From contig JAPLXZ010000012.1 of the NCBI GenBank assembly GCA_026395815.1, positions 487-64,486 on the forward strand: DNA of 64,000 nucleotides. Direction: 5' to 3'. How positions within the stretch are numbered: the first letter of the stretch is position 1; each line of letters opens with the position of its first letter. Positions 49,701 to 57,340 of the stretch are shown here, piece by piece. The notes below the pieces were generated by a model. The model was not told where the DNA came from and made no database searches. It was given only the letters and a program-made list of their open reading frames with translations. Position numbers and translations under genes: made by a program. The DNA is from Candidatus Pacearchaeota archaeon. Its GTDB lineage: Archaea; Nanobdellota; Nanobdellia; Pacearchaeales; GW2011-AR1.

Positions 49701-50253
49701 ATCTGTTAGTTCTCTTGTTTCAATGATTGAGAAAAGCAAAAACTTTTTTAGAATATATCCAGAAAAAAGCAAGGGAGGAGATATACTTATTACTGGAAGC
49801 GTATGTAATATCTTTGATTCTGCTTCAGTGTTAGAATATGTTTCAGATGATTCTAGTGAGATTAATGGGCAAGCTATCCCATTAGTTTCAGAGATAAGCA
49901 ATGGGATTTATGTTTCTAGAGCGTATAGGTATGTTGGAGATTTAAGTGAGACAGAAAAAAACAGGCTTCTTTATGTTACTCAAGAAGTTCCTGGGTTATG
50001 GGATTTAACTAGTGCTATTCAAGAAATCGACAGCGGACCTGGGGGAAGTTATACCGCAAATAAAGTCTTTGTAGACCAACTGATATTTGATGGAATTTTA
50101 ACAAAAGCAGATTGTGAATATATGAGAGGAATAAATACTATCTTTGGAAGTTTAGGCGGTGCACTACTACAGAAAAATATGAATGACCTTAGAAAGCTTT
50201 TGCTTCAGAAATGCTTATATGATGAGGCATGCAAGAAAAATTATTCTTCTTAA
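43735..50253 (+). CDS. Giant secreted Cys-rich protein with two C-terminal NlpC/P60-like domains
   Basis: Signal peptide; 2172 aa; NVCTRFVIRVMIKAGV..GDIVMF..QHIIIF plus a degenerate second copy. Confidence 0.75.
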   Translation: MKINKKIQLGVLLLIVIVLSSICISATYMSSNPQYTQYNVQGSGTFDSSMCQAGTDFIIQIAHFGCTPAVVRDDLLEEQDVPVFCQIAATQINPLIDVEAIDSISFSGQYPPIVKGIGFHPASAALGVQNDLNTPILSNIGYVVILLRKQTNTSAIPNFVIGNLTAKIKYDVKNTLGVGSALFYLPEFENEEEWISKKSQYGFWNGKGYLRAEDISSNGATISVYNDAREIASVNLQKGETSEKIAIPGFECTASLRLKLGGLENPDTRAQLRINAEVIEVGKGEKFLENKCQVKDLSKRGLVQRVILKCQEDTGTKTFSLIISPRLSFTINGEEKEVGLGDYLYDKDSSKKVFLGYIGTKGNSNNPEELGVYLVALPRTSMAALSEAELSSITSLGDLINSQAASSGIIDITSSAIKSVAGLVNQLSRYITSGQEIYRLYQGDEQIVFGREVSFSGFADAQDIELDSSVTEYYNNAKEDYETIRESYSTEPYNEKASFGEEALYNEIVLAWDASQKITVLDLCAEFEDSYPNSEKKKEIEGYCKNNYGLSNQENAAKQVTINGVNKEITFDRISEPNLDEYGVHIQVSSSKGNDGYDLKKNQIIYLSSSSNDFIQLISADDNSASIKVSVATSTAGQIIELEKDVMKKRGDYSLTLTQVNLKKLAKVSVIPGYENAGTEAKFGFKIGIEKRNVVLVPEKIREKIINITAQINKWQNYSDSIGKGVEALKSACLVTGAALVVKNFLANVGGMGIARQQIMRGVGGWFKKCDALVASGNYISQDDCLLKNSDQIDKDVKELNNILGQQNSNIKELEEGITKQQFLTESVVDTKQFMKRYILSVTTYLNNNLETTIVDPSGKGEPINKADILSILSYANWEEGKYTKEQLRDIELYARMMEDASASQELRDIANARLYSVLSDVMENSANLVQTTNWASSLGVPPSKTNFIEVGGNVRREPYQGLKISDIGMNINGFSSDTPIALVSTSDGRRYIIVLDDSSGLPQIPIMRTSDNKLAIYDSLGAFVENPPVELTKLYFEKFDSTTYQNQYKNPQLRYYETEPYKGLPAIVPFDLKKGWYAATKQTLPVGGNIQSYDASGRVSSFYLCNVGPDGLEENIGGNDICQMINTGTGMPYNVFPGLSETEAKKYVDCGVSAIEQASRAYKSGISGTIKISTSCGTVNPTVGSPAVDTPQMECQDFMSPKECLLLFNLCDPVICPSSRCDLGGAYPVKDVIQSGIIGSLVLCLPNIREGIVIPVCLTGVKAGIDGLLSVMTSYRDCLQESLDTGKMVGICDEIYSIYMCEFLWKQALPIANLIIPKMIEILLGQNVRGGGEYLGVANAWSAAEKSINYFTQYYGANSMKAFQARTTEGLGTEICKVYVSGVYPEGGNLLDTLVQPDSPPQFHGRFDEIPFTSATVPSISQYKVFYHIYAGKDSGVYYKVYLAGIPGSSYYQDTSETLIVASGYVAVGSYATETKDFTAPSGYKELCINVNGQEECGFKEISTSFAVNYIEDLYLQEQANQTDIQTEAECISGTASAYSLLNPNTEAAAEELINPAIYNEGIIRICATLSPGKGTDPYYGTEDARWKRVGYCGDETMKCWLDTQSVEDVIITTTVEGETLEDVTDSYLDILQNEEGYLSEEQFESNVTKIKKEDDPSKRINLINGILEKVFLNNEKAELLLLRGNAYYEIMRIVLSRVIVEKEKTLPEIISTATPTENVTESSITTLPEIPEELAPEPESAIGLKIWQTAKNYAVSGWDEYRVLSSGAEEYTNVCTRFVIRVMIKAGVTTPRIVDVSVKSGTKELKDTYTPLENMDSLIPIFTTSNDFVEVGVNKLERGDIVMFGFGTEKTQHIIIFDSYTSDGKYINGYGDPGKPPITTVFGANNNKVQLEKYPIKSSNSNELYFYRAFRYTGDLSAEEKAKEEAAAVTHTETPVEEPPTVTETSMSKKILQTSINLRAQGSTGSSVQFVSKVLIGAGVQGITSTSSVSSLVSMIEKSKNFFRIYPEKSKGGDILITGSVCNIFDSASVLEYVSDDSSEINGQAIPLVSEISNGIYVSRAYRYVGDLSETEKNRLLYVTQEVPGLWDLTSAIQEIDSGPGGSYTANKVFVDQLIFDGILTKADCEYMRGINTIFGSLGGALLQKNMNDLRKLLLQKCLYDEACKKNYSS

Positions 50254-50308
50254 TACTTAAAAAATAATCAATTCTAAAACTTTTTATACTAAATGTTTAT
50301 TGTAAAGT

Positions 50309-50437
50309 CATGGCTCGCAGGCCCACTCGCTAATTTGGCGCAAGGCTTGTGAAATGTGGAAATAATGAGCAATGTAGAGAACTTTATCTTATGAAATAAT
50401 GCGGAAGATAAATCTGCGCACGTTTCTTCGAGCCATG
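50309..50437 (+). ncRNA. Putative structured RNA or miniature palindromic element
   Basis: Terminal IR CATGGCTCG/CGAGCCATG and several nested stems with G-U pairs. Confidence 0.4.
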
Positions 50438-50519
50438 CGGAAGATAGGATTCGAACCTATGCAGGCACTAAGCCAACAGCTCCTAAGGCTGCTCCATTTG
50501 ACCACTCTGGCACTCCCGC
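50436..50519 (-). tRNA. tRNA-Leu(TAG)
   Basis: GCGGGAG/CTTCCGC acceptor; GCAGC-CTTAGGA-GCTGT; long variable arm; GTTCGAATC. Confidence 0.93.
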
Positions 50520-50869
50520 TTAAATAGAGATATATATTTCTCTTTAAAAGATATTCCATAATAATTCTTTTTATACTTTTTGTGAGTCCATTTATCTTTT
50601 GATACAGGTATTCCTACATCATTAAACATTTGGATTAAATCTCTCCATAATCTCTCACTTGCAGTTGAAAGTCCAAAACCCCCTCTTCTTTTTCCTCCTT
50701 CTGTTGCCATTATCCCCTTTAGAAAAGCAATTTTAATATTCTTATTAGCATTATTAATATAAATTGGGGCAGAAATAATATCACTTTTTTTCCCTCTGGG
50801 AATATTAAAATATAATTCTAATATTAAATAAATGTTTCGTTGCCTGTCCTGTTTATTTAACAGAATTTT
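50483..50869 (-). pseudogene. 5'-truncated LAGLIDADG endonuclease remnant overlapping tRNA-Leu
   Basis: Frame upstream of the listed ATG reads IPRGKKSDII..IKIAFLKGIMATEG (second LAGLIDADG motif); no ATG before an in-frame TAA; its stop codon is the tRNA anticodon. Confidence 0.75.
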
Positions 50870-50880
50870 TTAATTCAGAA

Positions 50881-51801
50881 TCAGTCTTTTTTGCGCGTTT
50901 CTTTTTCTTTGATCTTATCTTCAAGTTTTAATTTTTCTATAAGCTCTTTGTAACGATTTCTTATTGTCACTTCTGTTATTCCTGCAATATCCGCGACTTC
51001 TCTTTGAGTTTTTTTCTCGTCGTTCATTAAAGCAGCTACATATAATGCAGCAGCAGCAATTCCTGCAGGACCTCTTCCCGAAGTTAATTCAACTTTTTCT
51101 GCTTGTCTTAAAACACTTAAAGCATCATTTTGTGTTTTTGGAGAGAGTTTTAATACAGAGGAAAATCTTGAAATATAGTCCTTTGGAGAACTTTGTTTTA
51201 CTTTAATTCCAAGTTTTCTTATTATGAATCTGTATGTTCTTCCTATCTCTTTTCTTTCAACATCTGATGCTGTTGCCATTTCATCCAATGTTCTTGGAAT
51301 ATTATAACTTCTGCAAGCAGCGTATAAACAAGCGGCAATAACAGATTCCATGCTTCTTCCCCTTACAAGCCCTCTTTGTAACACATAATTGTATATCCTT
51401 GAAGCTTCATCCCTTACTACATTAGGCAAGTTTAGATAAGATGCAATAACTCTTAATTCAGCCATTGCAAGCCTCAAATTCCTTTCAATGCTTGTCGAAA
51501 CTCGTTCCTGCCACTTTTTCAATCTCAAAAATTTTCTTGTTTGTCCTGGTTCAAGCTTATAGATATCAGAAATCTCTCCAACATTGGTTGTAAGTCCCTT
51601 GTCAAATTTTTGCATGCTTATAGGAGCTCCACCTCTTCCTTTCTTTTCGTCTTTATCAAATTTGCCTTGTAAATCCATGCCACTATCAGCCATTTTTTCT
51701 TCAATGACTAAACCACAATCATTGCAGATAATCTCTCCAAGATGAGAATCATAGGTTAAATGAACACTTCCACATTCTGGGCATTTTTTTACAAAACTCA
51801 T
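50881..51801 (-). CDS. tfb: Transcription initiation factor TFB
   Basis: CPECG..CNDCG Zn ribbon; ERNL; GLVRGRS; GRGPAG; TEVTIRNRYKE. Confidence 0.96.
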   Translation of the reverse strand: MSFVKKCPECGSVHLTYDSHLGEIICNDCGLVIEEKMADSGMDLQGKFDKDEKKGRGGAPISMQKFDKGLTTNVGEISDIYKLEPGQTRKFLRLKKWQERVSTSIERNLRLAMAELRVIASYLNLPNVVRDEASRIYNYVLQRGLVRGRSMESVIAACLYAACRSYNIPRTLDEMATASDVERKEIGRTYRFIIRKLGIKVKQSSPKDYISRFSSVLKLSPKTQNDALSVLRQAEKVELTSGRGPAGIAAAALYVAALMNDEKKTQREVADIAGITEVTIRNRYKELIEKLKLEDKIKEKETRKKD

Positions 51802-51907
51802 TTTAACAGGTTTTTATTAGAGATAAAAGTATGTTTTTCGTAAGGTTTATAAACCTTTCCTATATATAAAACTTTTGTTTTTTATCGCTATGGTTTAATA
51901 GTGAAAG

Positions 51908-52282
51908 TTATTGCTTATTTGGCTCTTCAATAAGAATTCCGTTGACAATTCCTTCCTGAGTAGGACGATTTGTTACTCTTACTTTTCCCAAATCTGTTAG
52001 AAGGATTGTTCCTTTTGTTATTATATTTTGTCTTGCTAAGAATCTATTTGAAGGGGTTTCTAAGACATTTTTAATCTCTGCTTTTTTGTTCTTTTCTTTT
52101 CCTTGTATATTCACAAATTTTGCCCCTAACAAATACAATTTTATATTTCCACCTGTTACTTTCTTAATTTTTCTTTTTTCTGTTCCTAATCTGACTATTT
52201 TTCTCTGCCCAGCTAATTCAAAAGCTTTCTTTTTTCTATTTCTAATATATTTTCCACCAGTGACTTTTTTACCTTTATTCAT
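51908..52282 (-). CDS. rps8e: 30S ribosomal protein eS8
   Basis: KVTGGKY..GGNIK..RQNIITKG..VTNRPTQEGIVNG. Confidence 0.92.
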   Translation of the reverse strand: MNKGKKVTGGKYIRNRKKKAFELAGQRKIVRLGTEKRKIKKVTGGNIKLYLLGAKFVNIQGKEKNKKAEIKNVLETPSNRFLARQNIITKGTILLTDLGKVRVTNRPTQEGIVNGILIEEPNKQ

Positions 52283-52348
52283 AATAAGATTGCTGATTTT
52301 TTGTTTAAATATCTTTCCTTCTTCTTCAAACTTCAATTGAATGAGTGG

Positions 52349-52363
52349 CGAAACTTTTATAAA
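52349..52363 (+). promoter_or_regulatory. BRE/TATA promoter of lsm
   Basis: CGAAAC followed by TTTTATAAA about 30 nt upstream of ATG 52385. Confidence 0.55.
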
Positions 52364-52384
52364 CAAACTCTAATGAATTAAATT

Positions 52385-52636
52385 ATGGTTAACGGTATTG
52401 AGCGACCTTTAGATTTGTTAAATAACTCAAAGGGCAAAGAAGTTTTAGTTTATTTAAAGGGAGACAAGCAATTTGTCGGAACCCTTTTGGCTTTTGATAT
52501 CCACATCAATTTGGTGTTGGATAACATAAAAGAAATGCAAAATGGAGAAGTAAAAAGAAATCTTGGATTAACCTTTTTGCGAGGAGATACAATAATTTGT
52601 ATTTCTCCAGCTTCAACTGCATTGAAAAAAGAGTAA
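52385..52636 (+). CDS. Sm-like archaeal protein (Lsm/SmAP)
   Basis: RPLDLL..GTLLAFDIHINLVL..LRGDTI. Confidence 0.92.
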   Translation: MVNGIERPLDLLNNSKGKEVLVYLKGDKQFVGTLLAFDIHINLVLDNIKEMQNGEVKRNLGLTFLRGDTIICISPASTALKKE

Positions 52637-52687
52637 GACTTCTAACGAATTAATAAGTTATATAAATGTTTTCTTACTGATAAGTAT

Positions 52688-53578
52688 ATGATTAAAATAA
52701 TTTTTTTAGGAACTTCAGATGCAATACCTGACGCAGAAAGAAATACAACTTCAGTTTTGCTTATTTACAAGAATGAAAATATTTTGATAGATTGCGGAGA
52801 AGGAACACAAAGGCAATTCAGAAAATTAAAATTGAATCCGTGCAAAATAACAAGAATTTTGATTACTCATTGGCATGGAGACCATGTTTTGGGCTTGCCA
52901 GGATTATTGCAGACATTAAGTTTTAGCGGGTATAATAAAACTCTTTTGATCTATGGGCCAAAGGGAACAAAAAATTTTATGAATGCTCTTTTGAAAACTT
53001 TTGTTTTTCAAGGAAAATATAACATAAAAATTGAAGAAGTTGATGGCAAATTCTTTGAAAATGATGATTTTTATTTAGAAACAGCAAAAATGAGCCATGG
53101 TATTCCCTGCAATGCTTATAATTTTATAAAAAAAGGGCAATTAAGAATAGACAAAAAGAAACTTGAAAAAGCAAAACTCCAAGGCCCAATTATTAAAAGA
53201 TTAAAAGAAGGAAAGGATGTTATCTACAAAGGAAAGAAGTATCTTGCTAAAACTTTGACATTTAGAGAAGGAGATAAAAAAATTTCTTTTGTTTTTGACA
53301 CTTCTATAAACAACAACATCGTTCCATTTGCAAAAAATTCTGATTTATTGATTTGTGAATCTACTTTTAATTCAGAACTTGAAGAGAGAGCAAAGGAATA
53401 CAAGCATCTAACAACAAGGCAAACAGCAGAAATAGCAAAAAAATCCAAATCAAAGAAGCTTGTTTTAACTCATCTTAGCCAAAGATACACTAAAAATATA
53501 AAAAAGATTTTAGAAGATGTAAGGAAGATTTTCAAAAATTCCTTCATAGTAAAAGACTTTGATGTTATTGAAGTTTAA
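52688..53578 (+). CDS. rnz: Ribonuclease Z
   Basis: FLGTS, DCGEG, THWHGDHVLG, ESTF, HLT, THLSQRY. Confidence 0.95.
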   Translation: MIKIIFLGTSDAIPDAERNTTSVLLIYKNENILIDCGEGTQRQFRKLKLNPCKITRILITHWHGDHVLGLPGLLQTLSFSGYNKTLLIYGPKGTKNFMNALLKTFVFQGKYNIKIEEVDGKFFENDDFYLETAKMSHGIPCNAYNFIKKGQLRIDKKKLEKAKLQGPIIKRLKEGKDVIYKGKKYLAKTLTFREGDKKISFVFDTSINNNIVPFAKNSDLLICESTFNSELEERAKEYKHLTTRQTAEIAKKSKSKKLVLTHLSQRYTKNIKKILEDVRKIFKNSFIVKDFDVIEV

Positions 53579-53584
53579 TGAAAA

Positions 53585-53659
53585 CGCCCCGGACAGGATT
53601 TGAACCTGCGACCCCTGACTTAGAAGGCCAGTGCTCTATCCAGGCTGAGCTACCGAGGC
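53585..53659 (-). tRNA. tRNA-Arg(TCT)
   Basis: GCCTCGG/CCGGGGC acceptor; CTGGC-CTTCTAA-GTCAG; GTTCAAATC. Confidence 0.93.
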
Positions 53660-53732
53660 ATATATATTAGTCTTATTCAACAAGCTTTAAAAGTTTTGCA
53701 TTCCATTACTTCCATGTAAAAAGAGTTAAAAC

Positions 53733-54800
53733 ATGAAAAAGAGAGTTGAAAAAGTTGCAATAGTTAAATGCAAGAATTATAATGAAATTGAAGTTGAAAA
53801 AGCAATTTCAAAAGCCTTATCTTTAGCAGAAATAGAAATTCCAAAAAGAAAAAAAGTTTTGATAAAACCAAATGTTGTTGGTTTTTTCGATAAAAATCAG
53901 GAAGCAATAACAACTCATCCTTCTATTATTGAAGCAATATGCAAGATTTTAAAGAAAAACAAAAATGAAATCTTTATAGGTGATTCAAGTTTTACTAATC
54001 CTGAAATTGCATTTAAAAAATCAGGAATTGAAGAAGTCGCCAAGAAATATGGAAAGTTGATTATTTTTGAGCAGGATAAAATTATAAAAGTAAAAGATAA
54101 AGACGCTAAAGTTTTGAAGAGATTTCATCTTCCTAAGATAATAAAACAGGCTGATTTAATTATTAATGTCCCGAAGCTTAAAACACATCAGCTTACTAAA
54201 TATACTGGAGCCATAAAAAACCTTTATGGTTGTATTCCTGGAGGGATGAAGCAGAAATTGCATATGGAAGCAGGAAATGCAAAAAAATTTTCTAAATTAT
54301 TAGTTGATATTTATCAGAATATAAGACCTAAAGTTAATATCATGGATGGAGTTGTAGGGATGGAAGGAAAAGGTCCGACTTCTGGAAAACCAAAAAAAGC
54401 AGGTTATATATTAGCGTCGAAAAACACGATAAGTTTAGATGTTGCATGTGTGAAACTTATGGGTTATAAGCCTAAGAAAATCTTGGCTATAAAGGAAGCA
54501 ATAAAAAGGAAACTTGGAAATTTAAAATTTGATTTGAAAGGAATGAAAAAACTTCCAAATTTACATTTTGAAAAACCATTTGTTCAAGAAAAATTATCAA
54601 AAAAGATTTTGAAAATGTTCAAACAAAAACCCATAATTGTTGACAAGAAAAAATGTATCAAATGTGGACTTTGTGCGAAAAAATGTCCTGCTCAGGCAAT
54701 AAGATTAAATCCATATCCTGAAATTGACAAGAAAAAATGTATAAGATGTTTTTGTTGCATGGAAGTTTGCCCACAACATGCCTTGAGTTTAAAGGAATAA
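53733..54800 (+). CDS. DUF362 protein with C-terminal 2x[4Fe-4S] ferredoxin domain
   Basis: VLIKPN, TTHP, PKLKTH, GAIKNLYG, GMEGKGP; CIKCGLCAKKCP and CIRCFCCMEVCP. Confidence 0.88.
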   Translation: MKKRVEKVAIVKCKNYNEIEVEKAISKALSLAEIEIPKRKKVLIKPNVVGFFDKNQEAITTHPSIIEAICKILKKNKNEIFIGDSSFTNPEIAFKKSGIEEVAKKYGKLIIFEQDKIIKVKDKDAKVLKRFHLPKIIKQADLIINVPKLKTHQLTKYTGAIKNLYGCIPGGMKQKLHMEAGNAKKFSKLLVDIYQNIRPKVNIMDGVVGMEGKGPTSGKPKKAGYILASKNTISLDVACVKLMGYKPKKILAIKEAIKRKLGNLKFDLKGMKKLPNLHFEKPFVQEKLSKKILKMFKQKPIIVDKKKCIKCGLCAKKCPAQAIRLNPYPEIDKKKCIRCFCCMEVCPQHALSLKE

Positions 54801-54845
54801 AATGTCTAAAAGACTTTAAATATCATCTTTTTTTAATCTGTCTAT

Positions 54846-54918
54846 GCGGAGGTGGCACAGTGGCTACTGCATTCGCCTGCAGAGCGAATATTCGTGGGTT
54901 CGATTCCCACCCTCCGCT
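54846..54918 (+). tRNA. tRNA-Cys(GCA)
   Basis: GCGGAGG/CCTCCGC acceptor; TTCGC-CTGCAGA-GCGAA; GTTCGATTC; U73. Confidence 0.93.
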
Positions 54919-55036
54919 TTCAATTTAAATGCTAATTGAGTTTGTTAAACTGAAAACCTCGGCCCTCCGCTTTTACTTTTAAGAATTTTATATCTGTGAG
55001 TAACCATAAAAAGTAAAAGCCTCGGCTCCCCGCTTT
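54910..55036 (+). repeat. Three tandem copies of the tRNA-Cys 3' end separated by hairpins
   Basis: CCCTCCGCTTT at 54910 and 54963, CTCCCCGCTTT at 55026; copies 2 and 3 are preceded by CCTCGG. Confidence 0.8.
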
Positions 55037-55058
55037 GATTTTTTGTTAATTAAGAATT

Positions 55059-55586
55059 CTATTTTCCAAATCCAGAACAATAATCTTTGTAGATTTGTGA
55101 ATATTTCTCTTTAAGATTTCCATACTCTTCTCTTATTCTTTCATTCCCTTTTTTATATTCTTCTTTACTTATGTATCTCTTTTCATATGCTCCTTTTAAA
55201 GAAAAAACTCGTAACTTAAGGTTTTCAACACTACTAACAATCTCTCTTGACTTTGCGTCTAAACTTTTAATCTTGTTTTCTGTCTTTTCTAAATTATTAA
55301 CAAGTCCCTTAAGAGACATCAATCCGAGTAATACAAACATGCTTGTTAGTGTACTGAGTGTTAGGCTTATTAATTTTCCTGCAGAAAACATAGATTCTAT
55401 GTTTATTATTCTTCCAAGAGTATAAAATATTGCTGGAATAGATGAAATTAAAAAGAGTATCAATGCATTTTTTAATTCTCCTGTAGTTTTTTTTATAATC
55501 TCTGTGCATATAAGAATTCCTATGAGTATTATAAATAATCTTATTATTGCTACTGGCAGTTCTAAATAATAAATTGCAAATTCCAT
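55059..55586 (-). CDS. Three-TM membrane protein with coiled-coil tail
   Basis: Three hydrophobic helices and a heptad C-terminus. Confidence 0.7.
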   Translation of the reverse strand: MEFAIYYLELPVAIIRLFIILIGILICTEIIKKTTGELKNALILFLISSIPAIFYTLGRIINIESMFSAGKLISLTLSTLTSMFVLLGLMSLKGLVNNLEKTENKIKSLDAKSREIVSSVENLKLRVFSLKGAYEKRYISKEEYKKGNERIREEYGNLKEKYSQIYKDYCSGFGK

Positions 55587-57304
55587 TATCTACCTCTTCT
55601 TAATAGATTAGCCCTTAAAAGGACATTTTTATCTATCTTATAATCACTTTCTCCCTGTTTTTTAACTTTCCTTTTTCTAATCATAATAATTATTATAAAC
55701 AAAACCATGAAGACAGCTAAAGCTATTGTTGCTATCTCAAGAGGAATTGTCGGAGCTTTTCCTACATTAAACAAGACGCTTGAACTTGCTACTTTTCCAT
55801 TATAAGTTATTGTTATATAAATTACATATCTGCCGAATGCTGCTGTTTCTGGTATTTTAAACTCTTTTACATAACTTAACTTGGTTTGTACTGCAAGGTC
55901 TTCTCTTTCAGTCAATATTTCATTTCCTTTCCAATCCATTATTTTATACTCAGCAAAAACATCAACTTCTTTTTCAATTTCTCCTAAGTTATAGATTTCC
56001 ATTTCTGCAAGTAAGTCTTCACCTGGCATTACATAACTATACTTTTGCGGAATCTTGACTGTAGCATCGAATATCGGTTCTGCAGATTCTACTTCTATTA
56101 TTGTTAGAATTCTTTTCTCCTGTCCACTTGCTGTTACATTTATTTCCCCTATATATAAGTTAGGAATGGTTTCCTTTTGCACCATTATCTCTAAGGGTAT
56201 AACTCTTGATTCTTTTGGAGCTAATTTAAATTTCTTTTCGCTTATAAAAACAAATTGTTCAATTTTTGAGATTCCTATTTCTACATCTAATTCTTTATCT
56301 CCTGTATTAACTATCAATACCTGTTCTCTTGTAGTATGCCCCTGTTGTAATTTTACTTTTATTTCATCTTCACTTAAACTAAAGTCACTTATCTTTGCTT
56401 TTCCTCCTCCACCACCTCCTCCTCCACCGCCACCAGGACCAGTTACTACTGTTACTTCAGTTGTATTTTCTTCTGCAGAATAAGAAACTGAAAACTGAGT
56501 TACATTAAACTTTAAAGTTCCTCCAGAATAATTTTCTTTTGTGCAAATAAAAGAGGGGCAGACTTCTCCATCTATTAGTATTCTTGCGTCTGAAAAAGTC
56601 AAGCCATAAAGCCATAATGTTACCTTTTTGTTAAAGTTAGGCAAGGCTGTTGAATTTAGCGCAATCCTATTTGAAGAAATATTAGCATTTGTATCTAAGT
56701 CGACTTGATTATCATTAAAATTTTCATCAGCAGTCATGTTTATATTTTCATTAAACAGAATCTTTCCAGAATTTGTATTTTCCAGTATGATTCCGCTTAA
56801 GTTTTGCACATCTTCATAAGACAATATTGTGAAATTTGTCGAGTTTCCTTTCTTAGTTCCTTTCCATTCTTCATGGATTATTTGAAATCTGGTTGAATTT
56901 ACAAAAAAACTTACATTTTGTTCTGTTACATCCCCATAAGTATTATTTGCATAAAGATAAAGCATATATCCTCCATCTGTTGCATTGAAATAAAAAGGAG
57001 AAGATAAAGTAATATTCGTTCCTGAATTAAGATTGTACCAAACTGCTTGTTGCCCGCTTGCAGAATAATTTAGAGGAATTGAAAATCCATTAAAATATGT
57101 CTCATTTTGTGGAGAGATTATTGAGAGTATTGCAGTTGTAGTGGGAAGAATGTATATGGACATATCTGTTGTTTGAGCTGATGCTTTGCCAGTGATGTCT
57201 CCTGTTTTTTCAGTTTTCTTTGGCAAGTTTTTTATTATTATAAAACTGATTAGAAATAAAACTATTAATATAAACAGGAACAAAAATACCCAACCTCTTT
57301 TCAT
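55586..57304 (-). CDS. Membrane-anchored surface glycoprotein with Ig-like domains
   Basis: N-terminal TM plus ITGKA; sequons; poly-Gly linker; NTGD Ig-like motif; C-terminal TM plus basic tail. Confidence 0.75.
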   Translation of the reverse strand: MKRGWVFLFLFILIVLFLISFIIIKNLPKKTEKTGDITGKASAQTTDMSIYILPTTTAILSIISPQNETYFNGFSIPLNYSASGQQAVWYNLNSGTNITLSSPFYFNATDGGYMLYLYANNTYGDVTEQNVSFFVNSTRFQIIHEEWKGTKKGNSTNFTILSYEDVQNLSGIILENTNSGKILFNENINMTADENFNDNQVDLDTNANISSNRIALNSTALPNFNKKVTLWLYGLTFSDARILIDGEVCPSFICTKENYSGGTLKFNVTQFSVSYSAEENTTEVTVVTGPGGGGGGGGGGGKAKISDFSLSEDEIKVKLQQGHTTREQVLIVNTGDKELDVEIGISKIEQFVFISEKKFKLAPKESRVIPLEIMVQKETIPNLYIGEINVTASGQEKRILTIIEVESAEPIFDATVKIPQKYSYVMPGEDLLAEMEIYNLGEIEKEVDVFAEYKIMDWKGNEILTEREDLAVQTKLSYVKEFKIPETAAFGRYVIYITITYNGKVASSSVLFNVGKAPTIPLEIATIALAVFMVLFIIIIMIRKRKVKKQGESDYKIDKNVLLRANLLRRGR

Positions 57305-57340
57305 CTATTAAAAAGAAATGCAATATATTTAAAGATTATT

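Noticed and set aside
50309..50437. SRP RNA or RNase P RNA
   Set aside because: Too short, and I could not find the SRP helix-8 motif or the RNase P P4 consensus.
54910..55036. CRISPR array
   Set aside because: Only three short degenerate repeats derived from the tRNA end, with self-complementary spacers and no cas genes.
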